NCBI GenBank assembly: GCA_963779415.1
Contig: CAVZYA010000001.1
Location: 2,080,001-2,144,000, forward strand
Length of the DNA: 64,000 nucleotides
Source: an uncultured Acidobacteriota bacterium
GTDB lineage: Bacteria; Acidobacteriota; Thermoanaerobaculia; UBA5066
Reading direction: 5' to 3'
The translations under genes and the position numbers were made by a program. Positions 10,358 through 20,035 of this stretch are shown piece by piece; position 1 is the stretch's first letter, and the number at the start of each line of letters is the position of its first letter. The notes beneath the pieces were generated by a model, which was not told where the DNA came from, made no database searches, and saw nothing but the letters and a program-made list of their open reading frames with translations.

Positions 10358-11722
10358 GTGATCCTCCTCGTCAATCCCCGGGCCACGAAGCCGAAGAACC
10401 GACGCTTCCCCCTTTCGGTGATGGCTCTCGGCGCGGTCCTCCCCGAAAACGTCTCCTGGAAGATCCTGGACGGCAATCTCCCCGACGCCGATCCGTTCGC
10501 CGAGGCGGCGGCCGAGATCGAATGTCGCCGCGGTACGGCCGACCCCGTCTCCCTCGTGGCGATGACCGTCATGCCGGGGCCACAGCTCGTCGCGGCCGTC
10601 CCGATTGCGAAGCGGCTGAAGGATCGCTTTCCCGGGATCCCGATCGTCTGGGGGGGCTATTTCCCCACGCTCTATCCGGATCCGTGCCTGAACGCTCCGT
10701 ACGTCGACGGGATCGTCCGCGGGCAGGGAGAGAGGACGTTTCTCGACCTGCTCGAGGTCCTCGCCGGAACGAAGCCTCCGGCGACGGTCACCGGGCTCGG
10801 ATGGAAGGACGGCGGGACGCCGCGGATCAACCCCGAGCGACGGTGGGAAGGCCCGGACGCCTTCCCCGATCCGCCGTACGGGAAGATCGACGTCGAGACC
10901 TACCTGCACCCGACGGCGATCGGCCGACGGAGCGCCGTCCACCAGGCCTCGATCGGCTGCCCGTACACCTGCAATTTCTGCGGAGTCATCGCGGCCTTCG
11001 GAAGCCTCGAAAAGCTCGCCTCGCCGGCGCGGACCGAGGCCGCGCTCTCCCCTCTCGTCCGCGCCCACGGCATCGACGCCGTCCACTTCTACGACAACAA
11101 CTTCTTCCTCCGGGAAGAGCATGCCGAGGAGCTGTGCGGGCGGCTTCAGCCGCTCGGCCTCCGCTGGTGGTGCGAGGCGCGGATCGACGTGATGCTCCGC
11201 TACTCGGACCGGACGTGGGAGACGATCCGCCGCTCCGGCTGCGCGATGATCTTCTACGGCGCCGAGTCGGGTTCGGACGAGGCGCTCCGGAAGATGTCGA
11301 AGAACCTGACCACCGCCGAGACGCTCGCGCTCGCGGAGAAGGCGAGAACGTTCGGCATCGTTCCGGAGTTCTCCTTCGTCTTCGGCGACCCGGACGATCC
11401 CGTCGGCGAAGCGGACAAGACGCTCGCCTTCATCGGGAAATTGAAGGCGGTCAATCCGGCGATGAAGCTGATCACCTACTTCTACACCCCGACGCCCCAG
11501 CGCCGGGGAACGTACGGAAACATCGACCCTCTCGCCGGGACGCCGGAGACGCTCGAGGAGTGGATCACGCCGGAATGGGTCGGATGGATGACGCACGAGA
11601 GCCCGCGCGTCCCATGGCTGACGCGGGAGCTGAAGGCCCGGATCGCGGACTTCGCCGAAGGGTTCGTAGGTGGACCTCCGATCGAACCCGAGGCCTACGG
11701 CCATCTGAGAGTCTCCCCGTGA
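10358..11722 (+). CDS. B12-binding domain radical SAM protein
   Basis: PLSVMAL...IVWGGYFPT...VRGQGE B12-type domain; IGCPYTCNFC; FYDNNFF; YGAESGSDEAL. Confidence 0.92.
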   Translation: MILLVNPRATKPKNRRFPLSVMALGAVLPENVSWKILDGNLPDADPFAEAAAEIECRRGTADPVSLVAMTVMPGPQLVAAVPIAKRLKDRFPGIPIVWGGYFPTLYPDPCLNAPYVDGIVRGQGERTFLDLLEVLAGTKPPATVTGLGWKDGGTPRINPERRWEGPDAFPDPPYGKIDVETYLHPTAIGRRSAVHQASIGCPYTCNFCGVIAAFGSLEKLASPARTEAALSPLVRAHGIDAVHFYDNNFFLREEHAEELCGRLQPLGLRWWCEARIDVMLRYSDRTWETIRRSGCAMIFYGAESGSDEALRKMSKNLTTAETLALAEKARTFGIVPEFSFVFGDPDDPVGEADKTLAFIGKLKAVNPAMKLITYFYTPTPQRRGTYGNIDPLAGTPETLEEWITPEWVGWMTHESPRVPWLTRELKARIADFAEGFVGGPPIEPEAYGHLRVSP

Positions 11723-12411
11723 GCGGACGCGCCGCCGCCCCGCTCCCGGTCGAGGCGGCTTACCGTATCTGGGCGGAGAGCTACGACGAGGAGAACCCGC
11801 TCACGACGCTCGACCGGCGTGCGGCCGCGCTCCTGACGCCGCCGCTCGCCGGCCGGACGCTCCTCGACGCCGCGTGCGGGACCGCGCGCCGTCTGACGTT
11901 CGACGGGATTGCGGGCCCGCGGCTCGCCGCCGGCATCGACCTCGTTTTCGAGATGCTGCACCGGGGACGTGCCGACGCGGCCCGCCCGAGGACGACGGCC
12001 GCGGGGAACCTCCGCGCGCTGCCGTTTTCCTCCTCGCGATTCGACGTCGTCTGGTGCCGCCTCGCGGCCGGACACCTTCCCGCGATCGCCCCGCTCTACC
12101 GCGAGCTGGCTCGCGTTCTCGCTCCCGGCGGACGAGCGATCGTCACCGATTTCCATCCGGCCGCGATTGCCGCCGGCCACCGCCGCCTCTTTCGCGACGC
12201 TTCGGGAAAGAGCCATCTCGTGACGCACGTGGTCCACCTGCCGGAGGCGCACGAGCAGGCGGCCTCCGCCGAGGGCCTTCATCTCGAGAGCCGGATCGAC
12301 CTCCCGATCGGAGACGACGTCCGCTTCTTTTTCGAGAGAGCCGACGCCCTCGACCGCTACGAGCGCGACCGGGGGCTGCCGCTTCTTCTCGCCCTCCGCT
12401 TCCGCCAATGA
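11719..12411 (+). CDS. Class I SAM-dependent methyltransferase (BioC-like fold)
   Basis: AYRIWAESYD, LLDAACGTAR, FDVVWCRLAAGH, TDFHP. GTGA overlap. Confidence 0.85.
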   Translation: MSGRAAAPLPVEAAYRIWAESYDEENPLTTLDRRAAALLTPPLAGRTLLDAACGTARRLTFDGIAGPRLAAGIDLVFEMLHRGRADAARPRTTAAGNLRALPFSSSRFDVVWCRLAAGHLPAIAPLYRELARVLAPGGRAIVTDFHPAAIAAGHRRLFRDASGKSHLVTHVVHLPEAHEQAASAEGLHLESRIDLPIGDDVRFFFERADALDRYERDRGLPLLLALRFRQ

Positions 12412-13499
12412 AGCTCCGGCTCGTCACGGGAAGGCGCACCCTCGACATCGAGGCGGGCCGGATCGTGTCGCGGGGCGGCGTGGCGGACCTCCGGCTCGAC
12501 CTCGGCGAGGCCGAGGCTCGCCCCGGTCTCGTCAACGCCCACGACCACCTTCATCGGAACCACCTCCCAAGGCTCGGCTCCCCGCCTTACGCAAACGTCT
12601 ACGACTGGGGCGAGGGGCTGCACGGCCGCTTCACAAAGGAGCTAGAGGGGCGCCACGCGATCCCGCGTGAGCGGGCGCTCCTCTTCGGCGCGCTGAAGAA
12701 CCTCCTCGGCGGCGTCACGACCGCCGTTCATCACGACCCGTGGGAAGAGATCTTCGACCGGGGCTTTCCGATTCGCGTGCCGCGCCTCCGCGCCGTCCAC
12801 TCGCTCGGGCTCGACGGAACGTCGGCCGCCGAGACACGCGCCGGGACGGAGCTATGGATTCTCCACCTCGCCGAGGGGACGGACGCCCGCGCCGCCGAGG
12901 AGATCCGGACGGCCGACCGGATGGGTCTTCTCGGACCTCAGCTTCTCGCGGTTCACGCGGTCGGCGCCGACGACGACGGGATCCTGCGTCTCTGCCGTTC
13001 GAAGACGGCCGTCGTCTGGTGTCCGACGTCCAACCTCTTTCTCTATGGCCGGACCGCTCCGGCGGCGCTCCTCGCCCAGGCCGACGTCCTCCTCGGAACG
13101 GACGCGCTCGTCTCGGGCGACGGGACGCTCCTCGACGAGCTTCGCGTCGCCCGCTCGCTCGGGTTTCTTTCCGACTCCCGGCTCGAGGCGGCCGTGACGG
13201 ACGTGGCGGCCCGGCGGCTCGGTCTTCCTTCGCCGTCGCTCGACCCCGGCGCCCCGGCCGACATCGTCGTCCTCCGACGGCCTCTCCTTTCGGCCCGCCC
13301 GCGCGACGTCGCGCTCGTTCTCGTCGGAGGCCGGCCGGTCCTCGCCGACGAGATGTTCGGCGGGCTCTTCGACGCATGCGCCGTTGGAGCCGAGCGACTC
13401 GCCGTCGGCGGCCTTCCGAAGCTCGTCGTCTCCCCGCTCGCGACCGTCGCCCGCGAGGTCTTCGACCGGACGCCCGCGTCCGCCCGTATCATCGTGTGA
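12408..13499 (+). CDS. Amidohydrolase-superfamily metal-dependent hydrolase/deaminase
   Basis: PGLVNAHDHL (HxH), HLAEG, VHAV, WCPTSN, LGTDA, G.PAD. ATGA overlap. Confidence 0.88.
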   Translation: MKLRLVTGRRTLDIEAGRIVSRGGVADLRLDLGEAEARPGLVNAHDHLHRNHLPRLGSPPYANVYDWGEGLHGRFTKELEGRHAIPRERALLFGALKNLLGGVTTAVHHDPWEEIFDRGFPIRVPRLRAVHSLGLDGTSAAETRAGTELWILHLAEGTDARAAEEIRTADRMGLLGPQLLAVHAVGADDDGILRLCRSKTAVVWCPTSNLFLYGRTAPAALLAQADVLLGTDALVSGDGTLLDELRVARSLGFLSDSRLEAAVTDVAARRLGLPSPSLDPGAPADIVVLRRPLLSARPRDVALVLVGGRPVLADEMFGGLFDACAVGAERLAVGGLPKLVVSPLATVAREVFDRTPASARIIV

Positions 13500-13501
13500 C
13501 C

Positions 13502-14314
13502 ATGCCCGACGTCCCCGCGCCGGCAGCGGGAAGGACTCCGGCGCCCGTCCCCTCGTTCTATGACGACATCGCGAATGACTACGACACACAGATGTCCCGC
13601 GTGCCGGGCGATATCTGGACTCGCGAGGCGTTCCAGGACTTCGTGATTCGCGACCTGTCGCCGGGCGAGGCCTTGCTGGACTTCGGCTGCGGTACGGGAA
13701 TCGACGCCATGGTCTACGCCGAGCGGGGGTTTCGAGTGATCGGATACGACTCCTCGCCTGCGATGATCCAGGTGGCGGTGAATCGCTGCGGAACCGGCAT
13801 CGGCGGAGGCCTCGTCGAGGTCTTCAGTTGCCCGTACGAGGAGTTCCTGACGAGTCCATGGGCGAGAAACCGACCGTCCGTAATCGCCTCGAATTTTGCG
13901 GTCTTGAATCTCGTCCCCTCGCTAGGCGCCGCCCTCGCGCGCTTTCACGAGATCCTTCGGCCGGGCGGGAGCGTCTTCCTGAACCTCCTCAACCCCTGTT
14001 ACGTCGGGAACCTCGTGACTCCCGGACTCCGGCGTCCGATGCTCCGGGCCCTCCTCCACGGGATCACGAACTTTCCCTCTGCAAAAGTTCCGACGCTCCT
14101 CTATCGCGAGCGATTCGTGAGGGAGGCGGCGGAACCGTATTTCGAGCTGGATCGGCGGGCCGGGGTCGGCGCGATCGTGAACCACGCGGCGATCGCGGGG
14201 TCCTGGCAGGCGCCCCTCGGGTTGCGGGAACGGATCGAGCACCGCTTCTTCTCGACGCGCGCCATGGCCGGCGCCGGCAAGTTCACGTTCCTGAAGTTTC
14301 GAAGGCTCGGGTGA
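13502..14314 (+). CDS. Class I SAM-dependent methyltransferase
   Basis: FYDDIANDYD, LLDFGCGTGIDA, SNFAVLN. Resembles the 8723 paralog. Confidence 0.87.
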   Translation: MPDVPAPAAGRTPAPVPSFYDDIANDYDTQMSRVPGDIWTREAFQDFVIRDLSPGEALLDFGCGTGIDAMVYAERGFRVIGYDSSPAMIQVAVNRCGTGIGGGLVEVFSCPYEEFLTSPWARNRPSVIASNFAVLNLVPSLGAALARFHEILRPGGSVFLNLLNPCYVGNLVTPGLRRPMLRALLHGITNFPSAKVPTLLYRERFVREAAEPYFELDRRAGVGAIVNHAAIAGSWQAPLGLRERIEHRFFSTRAMAGAGKFTFLKFRRLG

Positions 14315-14357
14315 AGACCTCCCCGCGGCACACCCGACCCTTGCGGCGCCCCGAGCG

Positions 14358-15329
14358 ATGAAAGAGGCCCTGAAGCGGCTGATCTTCGGAGCGCGCAGGA
14401 TCTCCCAATGGTCCGCGGTCGGCATGGATGACCCTCGGGCTCTCTTCCGCCTCTGGCTCGAAGGCGGAAAGTTCTCCGTCGACGTGACCGAGACGAGCTC
14501 GGTCGCTGCGCTCAGACCGGTGACGTTCGCGATCCGGACCGGGGACGAGATTCCCCGGGACGCTCTCGAGAGCGATCGGCTCGTCCTCAAGGTCCGCCCT
14601 TCGGCGGCAGACGACTGGGTGGGCGAGATCGCTCTTCGCTATCTGCGGGATGTGAGAACGGACGTGGCGAGGATCTCCCTCTTCACGGTCGCCGGGCACC
14701 GGAACCGCTCTCTTCCGCCGGCGAGCTATCTCCGCTTCCGCCTCCGGCAACGGTGGGAGATCTTCCGGGACAAGACGCCCTACAACTTCCGGATGATCCC
14801 CTCCGAACTCTTCGCGCTCTACGTCTTCTACTACGTCCCGCGGCCGGTCTCTCTCGTCTCCGTCGCGTTCGAAGGTGCGACCAACATCTTCCCGATGGAC
14901 CTCGTCGGCCGAATGGGGGGCGACCTGTTCCTCCTGGCGCTGCGAAGCACGAGCCCCGCGATCCGCCTCATGACGGGCTCGAAGCGCCTCGCGGTGACGG
15001 CCGTGCCGTTCGAAGAGAAGGAGGTGGCCTACAAGCTCGGCACGCATCACAAGAAGGAGACGATCGACTGGGACTCGCTCCCTTTTCGAGGGATCCCGTC
15101 GCCTCTCTTCGGCCTTCAGGTACCCGCCTCGGCGCTCGGCCTCCGCGAGGTCGAGGTCGTGGCGACCGAAGTCGTCAGCACCCACGTTCTCTTCGTCACG
15201 AGGATCGTCCGCGAAGAGAGGTGGCGGGAGGGCCGGCAGCTCTGCCACATCCCCGGCATCCTGCGCGAGTACCTCACGAGCGTCGCCCCTTCCGCGGCCG
15301 CGGGTCTCGAAATCGACGGCCTCTCATGA
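14358..15329 (+). CDS. Flavin reductase-like (FMN-binding split-barrel) domain protein
   Basis: C-terminal half PRPVSLVSV...NIFPMDL...STHVLFV resembles the flavin reductase-like family. N-terminal half unassigned. Confidence 0.6.
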   Translation: MKEALKRLIFGARRISQWSAVGMDDPRALFRLWLEGGKFSVDVTETSSVAALRPVTFAIRTGDEIPRDALESDRLVLKVRPSAADDWVGEIALRYLRDVRTDVARISLFTVAGHRNRSLPPASYLRFRLRQRWEIFRDKTPYNFRMIPSELFALYVFYYVPRPVSLVSVAFEGATNIFPMDLVGRMGGDLFLLALRSTSPAIRLMTGSKRLAVTAVPFEEKEVAYKLGTHHKKETIDWDSLPFRGIPSPLFGLQVPASALGLREVEVVATEVVSTHVLFVTRIVREERWREGRQLCHIPGILREYLTSVAPSAAAGLEIDGLS

Positions 15330-16376
15330 CCCGCGCATCAGCTCCCGGGACTTCCGGATGACGTCGTCGACGCGGACCCGCATCAGACAAAGGAGGTCTC
15401 CCCGGCCGCAGGCGGGCTGCATGCAGGCGCCGCATTCGAGATCCTCGCTGTAGAAGCCTGCGGTCCTCGGCCCTTCGGGGCGGCTCCACGCCGAACGACT
15501 CGACCCGAAGAGGGCCAGGGTCGGCACTCCCTGTACCCAGGCGAGGTGCATCAATCCCGAATCGTCGCTGACGACGAGCGACGCCAGAGACATGACGGCG
15601 AGCGCGACGGCCGGGGTCGTCGCGCCTGAGAAATCGAAAAGACTCGCTCCGAGGGCCTCGCGCAGCGCGGTGAAGCGCGACGGCACGGGAGCGGCGGCGA
15701 GCGACATGAGCTGGTACCCCTCTCGTTCGAGGCGGCGTCCCAGCTCGACGTACCGCTCGAGGGGCCATTGCTTCGTCTGCCACCCTCCCGCCGGGTTGAG
15801 GCAGACGAGCGGCCGCGTCGGCTCCCATCCGGCTTTCGTGAGAAGCGCGCGCGCCTCGGCGAGCGGCCCCGGCCTCGCGTGGGATGCGAGAACGGGATCG
15901 AGCCGTCCAAGGCCGATCCACTCGACGGCATCGAGGTAGCGCGTCAGGGCGGTCCGGGGCGCGTGTCGGTCGAAGCCGACCCACGCTCGGGGCGCGAGGA
16001 GCCGCGTCAGGAAAAGCGACCAACGGTTGCGCTGAAGGTCGAGAACGACCGGAACGCGGTGCCGACGCAGCGCGAGCGCGACGCGGAGCATGGAGAGCCC
16101 CTTGGGGATCTTCGGGCGGCGCGTGTCGATCGAAAATACGGAGTCGACGTCCCGGTGCGCGGCGAAGAGCTCCCGTGAGCGGATATCGGTGACGACGTCG
16201 ATCCTGACTCTCGGAAGTCGGCGTCGAATCGCGGCGATCACCGGAAAGGTGATGGCCGTGTCGCCGAACGCATGAAGGCGGATGACGACGAGGCGCCCCG
16301 GATCCGGCCTCCCCGCGAGCGGAACTCCGATCAGGCCGTCGGGCGTGAAGGGAGGAACGGGGAACGGCGCGGACAT
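15324..16376 (-). CDS. Glycosyltransferase family 9 (heptosyltransferase-like)
   Basis: VIRLHAFGD, LNPAGGWQTKQWP, VSDDSGLMHLA, PTLALFG, C-terminal CxxCxxxxC...C. Confidence 0.92.
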   Translation of the reverse strand: MSAPFPVPPFTPDGLIGVPLAGRPDPGRLVVIRLHAFGDTAITFPVIAAIRRRLPRVRIDVVTDIRSRELFAAHRDVDSVFSIDTRRPKIPKGLSMLRVALALRRHRVPVVLDLQRNRWSLFLTRLLAPRAWVGFDRHAPRTALTRYLDAVEWIGLGRLDPVLASHARPGPLAEARALLTKAGWEPTRPLVCLNPAGGWQTKQWPLERYVELGRRLEREGYQLMSLAAAPVPSRFTALREALGASLFDFSGATTPAVALAVMSLASLVVSDDSGLMHLAWVQGVPTLALFGSSRSAWSRPEGPRTAGFYSEDLECGACMQPACGRGDLLCLMRVRVDDVIRKSRELMRGS

Positions 16377-16422
16377 CGCGGGGAATGCTACGCGCGCACC
16401 CCGCGGATTGTTACGATGGCGC

Positions 16423-17541
16423 GTGCGCGTGGCGCTCGTCGTGCCGGGGGGCGTGGACCGGAGCGGAGAGCAGCGTGTCATCCCGGCTCTCCTCTGGCTG
16501 ATCGAGAGGCTCGCCCGGCGGCACACGTTGCACGTCTTCGCGCTCTCGCAGGAAAAGGAGCCGGGGGACTACCCTCTGCTCGGCGCCCAGGTCCACAACC
16601 TCGGCATGCCTTCCCGCTCCGCGTGGCCGGGGCAGGCGCTTCTTCTCGCTGGACGGAGGCTCCTTCGGGGGATCGCGCGTCACGGCCCCTTCGACGTCGT
16701 TCACGCCTTCTGGGCGAACAACCCGGGCTTTCTCGCCGCGCTGGCCGCGCGCCGCCGGCACCTTCCCCTCGTGGTGAGCCTCGGTGGAGGAGAACTCGTC
16801 GCCCTCAGGGAGATCGAATACGGCTCCCAGCTCCTCGCCCGGGAGAGGCTCAAGGTTCGGTGGACCCTGCGCAGCGCCTCGCGCGTCACAGTCGCAAGCG
16901 GCCCCATGGACGAGCTTGCGCGCCGGCACGGCGTGACACCGGACATCGTCCCTCTCGGCATCGACGGCGCTTTCTTCGTCGAGCCGACGGCGGGCGGTCC
17001 TCCCTTCCGGCTCCTCCACGTCGGAAGCCTCAACCGCGTCAAGGACCAGACGACGCTTCTCCGTGCCTTCCGCCGGGTCGTGGACCGCGGCGAGGACGTT
17101 CACCTCGACGTCGTCGGCGAGGACACGCTCGACGGCTCCGTGCAAGCCACCTGCGCCGCTCTCGGTCTCTCGTCCCGCGTGGCGTTCCACGGGTTTCTCC
17201 CAAGCGCTCGGACGCAGCCGCTGTTTCACCGCGCGCACCTCTTCCTTCTGAGCTCCCTTCACGAGGCGGGACCGCTCGTCGTTCTGGAGGCGGCGGCGTC
17301 GGGGGTGCCGACCGTCGGGACGGCCGTGGGACACGTCCGGGACTTCGCTCCCGACCGTGCCCTCGCCGTTGCCGTCGGCGACGACCGCGCCCTCGCGGAA
17401 GGCGTCCTTTCGCTCCTCCACGACGAGCCGCGGCGACGCGCGATGGGCGCGGCGGCCCAGCGCTGGGCGCGCGAAGACGACGCCGACGCCACGGCCGCGG
17501 CGTTCGAGAGGATCTACGGCGAGGTCGTCGCCGCCTCCTGA
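16423..17541 (+). CDS. Glycosyltransferase family 4 protein
   Basis: GT-B motifs HVGSLNRVKDQ and SSLHEAGPLVVLEAAASGVPTVGT. Confidence 0.9.
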   Translation: MRVALVVPGGVDRSGEQRVIPALLWLIERLARRHTLHVFALSQEKEPGDYPLLGAQVHNLGMPSRSAWPGQALLLAGRRLLRGIARHGPFDVVHAFWANNPGFLAALAARRRHLPLVVSLGGGELVALREIEYGSQLLARERLKVRWTLRSASRVTVASGPMDELARRHGVTPDIVPLGIDGAFFVEPTAGGPPFRLLHVGSLNRVKDQTTLLRAFRRVVDRGEDVHLDVVGEDTLDGSVQATCAALGLSSRVAFHGFLPSARTQPLFHRAHLFLLSSLHEAGPLVVLEAAASGVPTVGTAVGHVRDFAPDRALAVAVGDDRALAEGVLSLLHDEPRRRAMGAAAQRWAREDDADATAAAFERIYGEVVAAS

Positions 17542-18740
17542 GCGCCGGCGAGAAAACGCCGGATCCGGCGCGCCCCGGCAGCAAACTCCCCCGAGTCCTT
17601 CACGGCCCTCGCGAAAGCGCGCGGATGCCGGGAAAGCGATTCCCAGAAGGCGGCCCGCGAGATCGGGAGCCTGAATCGCGGGCTGTCGGGGAAGAGGCCG
17701 TCGTGCAGCCGGGCGAGCGTGAAGCAGCCCAGGACGCCACGCCGGAAATAGGAATCGCGGAGGGCCATTCGCGCGAGAAGGCGCGGGCCGACCCAGCCCC
17801 CGATCAGGCGGGTGTTCGTGATGGCGTCGAACCGGACGAAGGGCCCCTGCATCTCGAGGTTCAGGAGCTTCACGGTGAAGCCTGCCGCCTGAACCGCCTG
17901 CGAGGCGAGGTCCGCCGTGTCGTGCCCGCGATAACGCCCGGGGGCGCCGCCGGCGGTCTCGTCTTCCCGGAACGGGAAGAAGCCGTCCGGCAGCGTCCGA
18001 AGGACCTCCCGATAGGTCGTCACGCGAAGGACGACCGCGAACGTTCCGTGGCTGGCCGTCGCCGTGCGCGAGACACAGGAGACGGCTGCGACGCGCGGAT
18101 CCTCCATCTCGCCCAGGACGCGCCGCCACTCATCCCGCGAGACCCAGAAGACGTCTGTGTCGACGAAGGCCAGAAAAGGCGTCGTCGCGCGGGCCAGGGC
18201 GTCGTTGTACGCCTCGTGGAAGTCCCGACAAGCGGGAGATCGCGCGAGCCGCGTCAGGCCCGGAAGCCGTACTTCGGAGAGGCTCTGTTCCGCGGAGTCG
18301 TCGAAGGCCTGCAGGATCGCGTCTTCCGGGGGGATCGCCCGGAAGATGCAGGCGTGCCAGATCCGTACGAGATCCGGATAGACCGAGGCCGTGTGGATCG
18401 TGACGTGACGCCCGCCGTCCGGCCCCGACGCCGGAAACGCCGGAGGCGGCACGGAAGAACGTGTCGTACCCGGAGGCGCATCGCGCGGGCGGTAGCGCCC
18501 GTCCTCTCCGAAGCCGTTGTGCCAGAAGCCTCCGGCCCACGTCCCTCCCTTCCAGTGACTCGACCAGAAGACGCCGCCGCGGAACGTGCCCGACCGGAAG
18601 ACTCCTCCAAGCATGACACCCGCCTCGAAAACGCCGCCGTCCCACTCGCACTCCCAGAGGACGGCGCCACGGTTGACGGTCCCCGCGCCGAAGCGCTCGT
18701 GCGCATGGAGCTCCCCTTCGCGGAGAACGGCGCCGGTCAC
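17514..18740 (-). CDS. Hypothetical protein: N-terminal Gly/aromatic pentapeptide repeats fused to a GT-A-like (DxD) domain
   Basis: Period-5 repeats DGGVF EAGVM LGGVF RSGTF RGGVF WSSHW KGGTW AGGFW. Later FHEAYNDAL...FLAFVDTDVFW and HDT motifs typical of GT2-like folds. Confidence 0.6.
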   Translation of the reverse strand: MTGAVLREGELHAHERFGAGTVNRGAVLWECEWDGGVFEAGVMLGGVFRSGTFRGGVFWSSHWKGGTWAGGFWHNGFGEDGRYRPRDAPPGTTRSSVPPPAFPASGPDGGRHVTIHTASVYPDLVRIWHACIFRAIPPEDAILQAFDDSAEQSLSEVRLPGLTRLARSPACRDFHEAYNDALARATTPFLAFVDTDVFWVSRDEWRRVLGEMEDPRVAAVSCVSRTATASHGTFAVVLRVTTYREVLRTLPDGFFPFREDETAGGAPGRYRGHDTADLASQAVQAAGFTVKLLNLEMQGPFVRFDAITNTRLIGGWVGPRLLARMALRDSYFRRGVLGCFTLARLHDGLFPDSPRFRLPISRAAFWESLSRHPRAFARAVKDSGEFAAGARRIRRFLAGAQEAATTSP

Positions 18741-19948
18741 GGCCGGCCGCTCATCTCGCGAAACAGGAATCCGATCCGTCGGAGGAGAACTCGCGCCCAG
18801 GCTCCCGCGAGCGCGAGGCCGGAGCGACCCGGCGCCGCGTTCGCGCGCACTTCACCGAGTCCCGGGAAGGCCGTCCGGGCGAGGAAACGCACCTTCGGAA
18901 GCGGCCCGTCGACGAGCGTCAGGAGCGTGCGGCTCCAGCCCTGCGAAGGGCGCGTGTAGCGAAGTGTCGGGACGCGAGACGCCGCCGTGCGAAGCGCGGT
19001 GTCCACGCCTCCTTCGAGAGACTTCAGGAAGATCTCTTCGAAAGTACCCGGAAAAAGCCGTTCGATGGCGGAGGCGGCGAACCAGAGCGGCGCGCCCGCC
19101 TTCCCTCCTTCCTTCGAAGAAATCTCCGGAACGAGCGTCCCCCCGGAGGCGGCCAGAAGTCGGAAATCGTGCGCCTGGATCCCCCGGATGCCGTTCCCCG
19201 CGAAGTCCTCGGCCGCGTGATACAGGAGATGGCGAAGTAGCGCGGGCCCCGCCGCGATCGCGACGGACGTGCCGTCGAGGTCGCGCGTCTCCGCCTGCGC
19301 GCGCAGAGACGCGCTCGCGTCGTAAACGCGCCCGAGAACGGGGAGGCGGAACGAGGTGTGGATCTCGAGCCGGATCGGGTTCTCCGGATCCTCGGTCGCG
19401 GGGCGCGCCACCCGCTCGTCCGGCCTGACGAAGACGCGGTGCCTCGGCGTGTCGAAGAGCGGGCGCCAGCCAGCCCGCGTGAGCGCCGCCGTCGCACGTT
19501 CGAGGTCGCGTGGCTCGCGAAGAAGGAGGTCGAGATCCCCCATCGGGCGGAGCGCCGGTTCGGCATAGTGGAAATTCGCCAGCACCGCGCCCTTCAGCGC
19601 CACGACCTCGACGTCCTCCTCCCGAAGGGCAGCCACCGTCTCGCGGAGAGTCCGTTTCAGCCTCGCCGCGCGAGCCGAGGACGAGACCCTTTCGGACGTG
19701 AGAAACGCGGCCATGTCGGAGGGAAGCGAGCCCGCATCGGAGAGCGTCGCGAGGAGCGGCGCGATCCCCTGGCTCGACGCCGCGAATGCGGCGAGCTCGA
19801 CCTCGACTTCTCGGGGAGACGATCCGAGGGAGTCCCGAAGAGGCTGCGCCGAGCCGGCCGCGACGGAAGCGACCGCGGAGAGGGAGAAACGGGCGAAGTC
19901 CGGCTCCCGGAAGAGCCGCTCGCAGTCGAAGCCCCTTGCGCCGAGCAT
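18737..19948 (-). CDS. Nucleotidyltransferase family protein (NTP_transf_5-like)
   Basis: VALKGAVLANFHYAEPALRPMGDLDLLL and RLEIH. ATGA overlap with the downstream gene. Confidence 0.85.
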   Translation of the reverse strand: MLGARGFDCERLFREPDFARFSLSAVASVAAGSAQPLRDSLGSSPREVEVELAAFAASSQGIAPLLATLSDAGSLPSDMAAFLTSERVSSSARAARLKRTLRETVAALREEDVEVVALKGAVLANFHYAEPALRPMGDLDLLLREPRDLERATAALTRAGWRPLFDTPRHRVFVRPDERVARPATEDPENPIRLEIHTSFRLPVLGRVYDASASLRAQAETRDLDGTSVAIAAGPALLRHLLYHAAEDFAGNGIRGIQAHDFRLLAASGGTLVPEISSKEGGKAGAPLWFAASAIERLFPGTFEEIFLKSLEGGVDTALRTAASRVPTLRYTRPSQGWSRTLLTLVDGPLPKVRFLARTAFPGLGEVRANAAPGRSGLALAGAWARVLLRRIGFLFREMSGRP

Positions 19949-20035
19949 TTACCGTCTCCGCCAGGAAGGATACGGCGGGAGGTCGCCGGAGCCCGCCGTC
20001 CGTCAGGCGCCGGACGGTAGACTCACTTCAAAGAG

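Noticed and set aside
7257-11722. Assigning the B12 radical SAMs as hpnP/hpnJ, bchE or tetraether-lipid enzymes
   Set aside because: There is no supporting hopanoid, chlorophyll or ether-lipid context, and subfamily cannot be determined by eye.
6331-19948. Lasso peptide/RiPP interpretation of the kinase plus nucleotidyltransferase cluster
   Set aside because: No precursor, PqqD/RRE, B2 protease or cyclase is seen in the window, and intergenic gaps are too short. Trans-encoded parts cannot be excluded.
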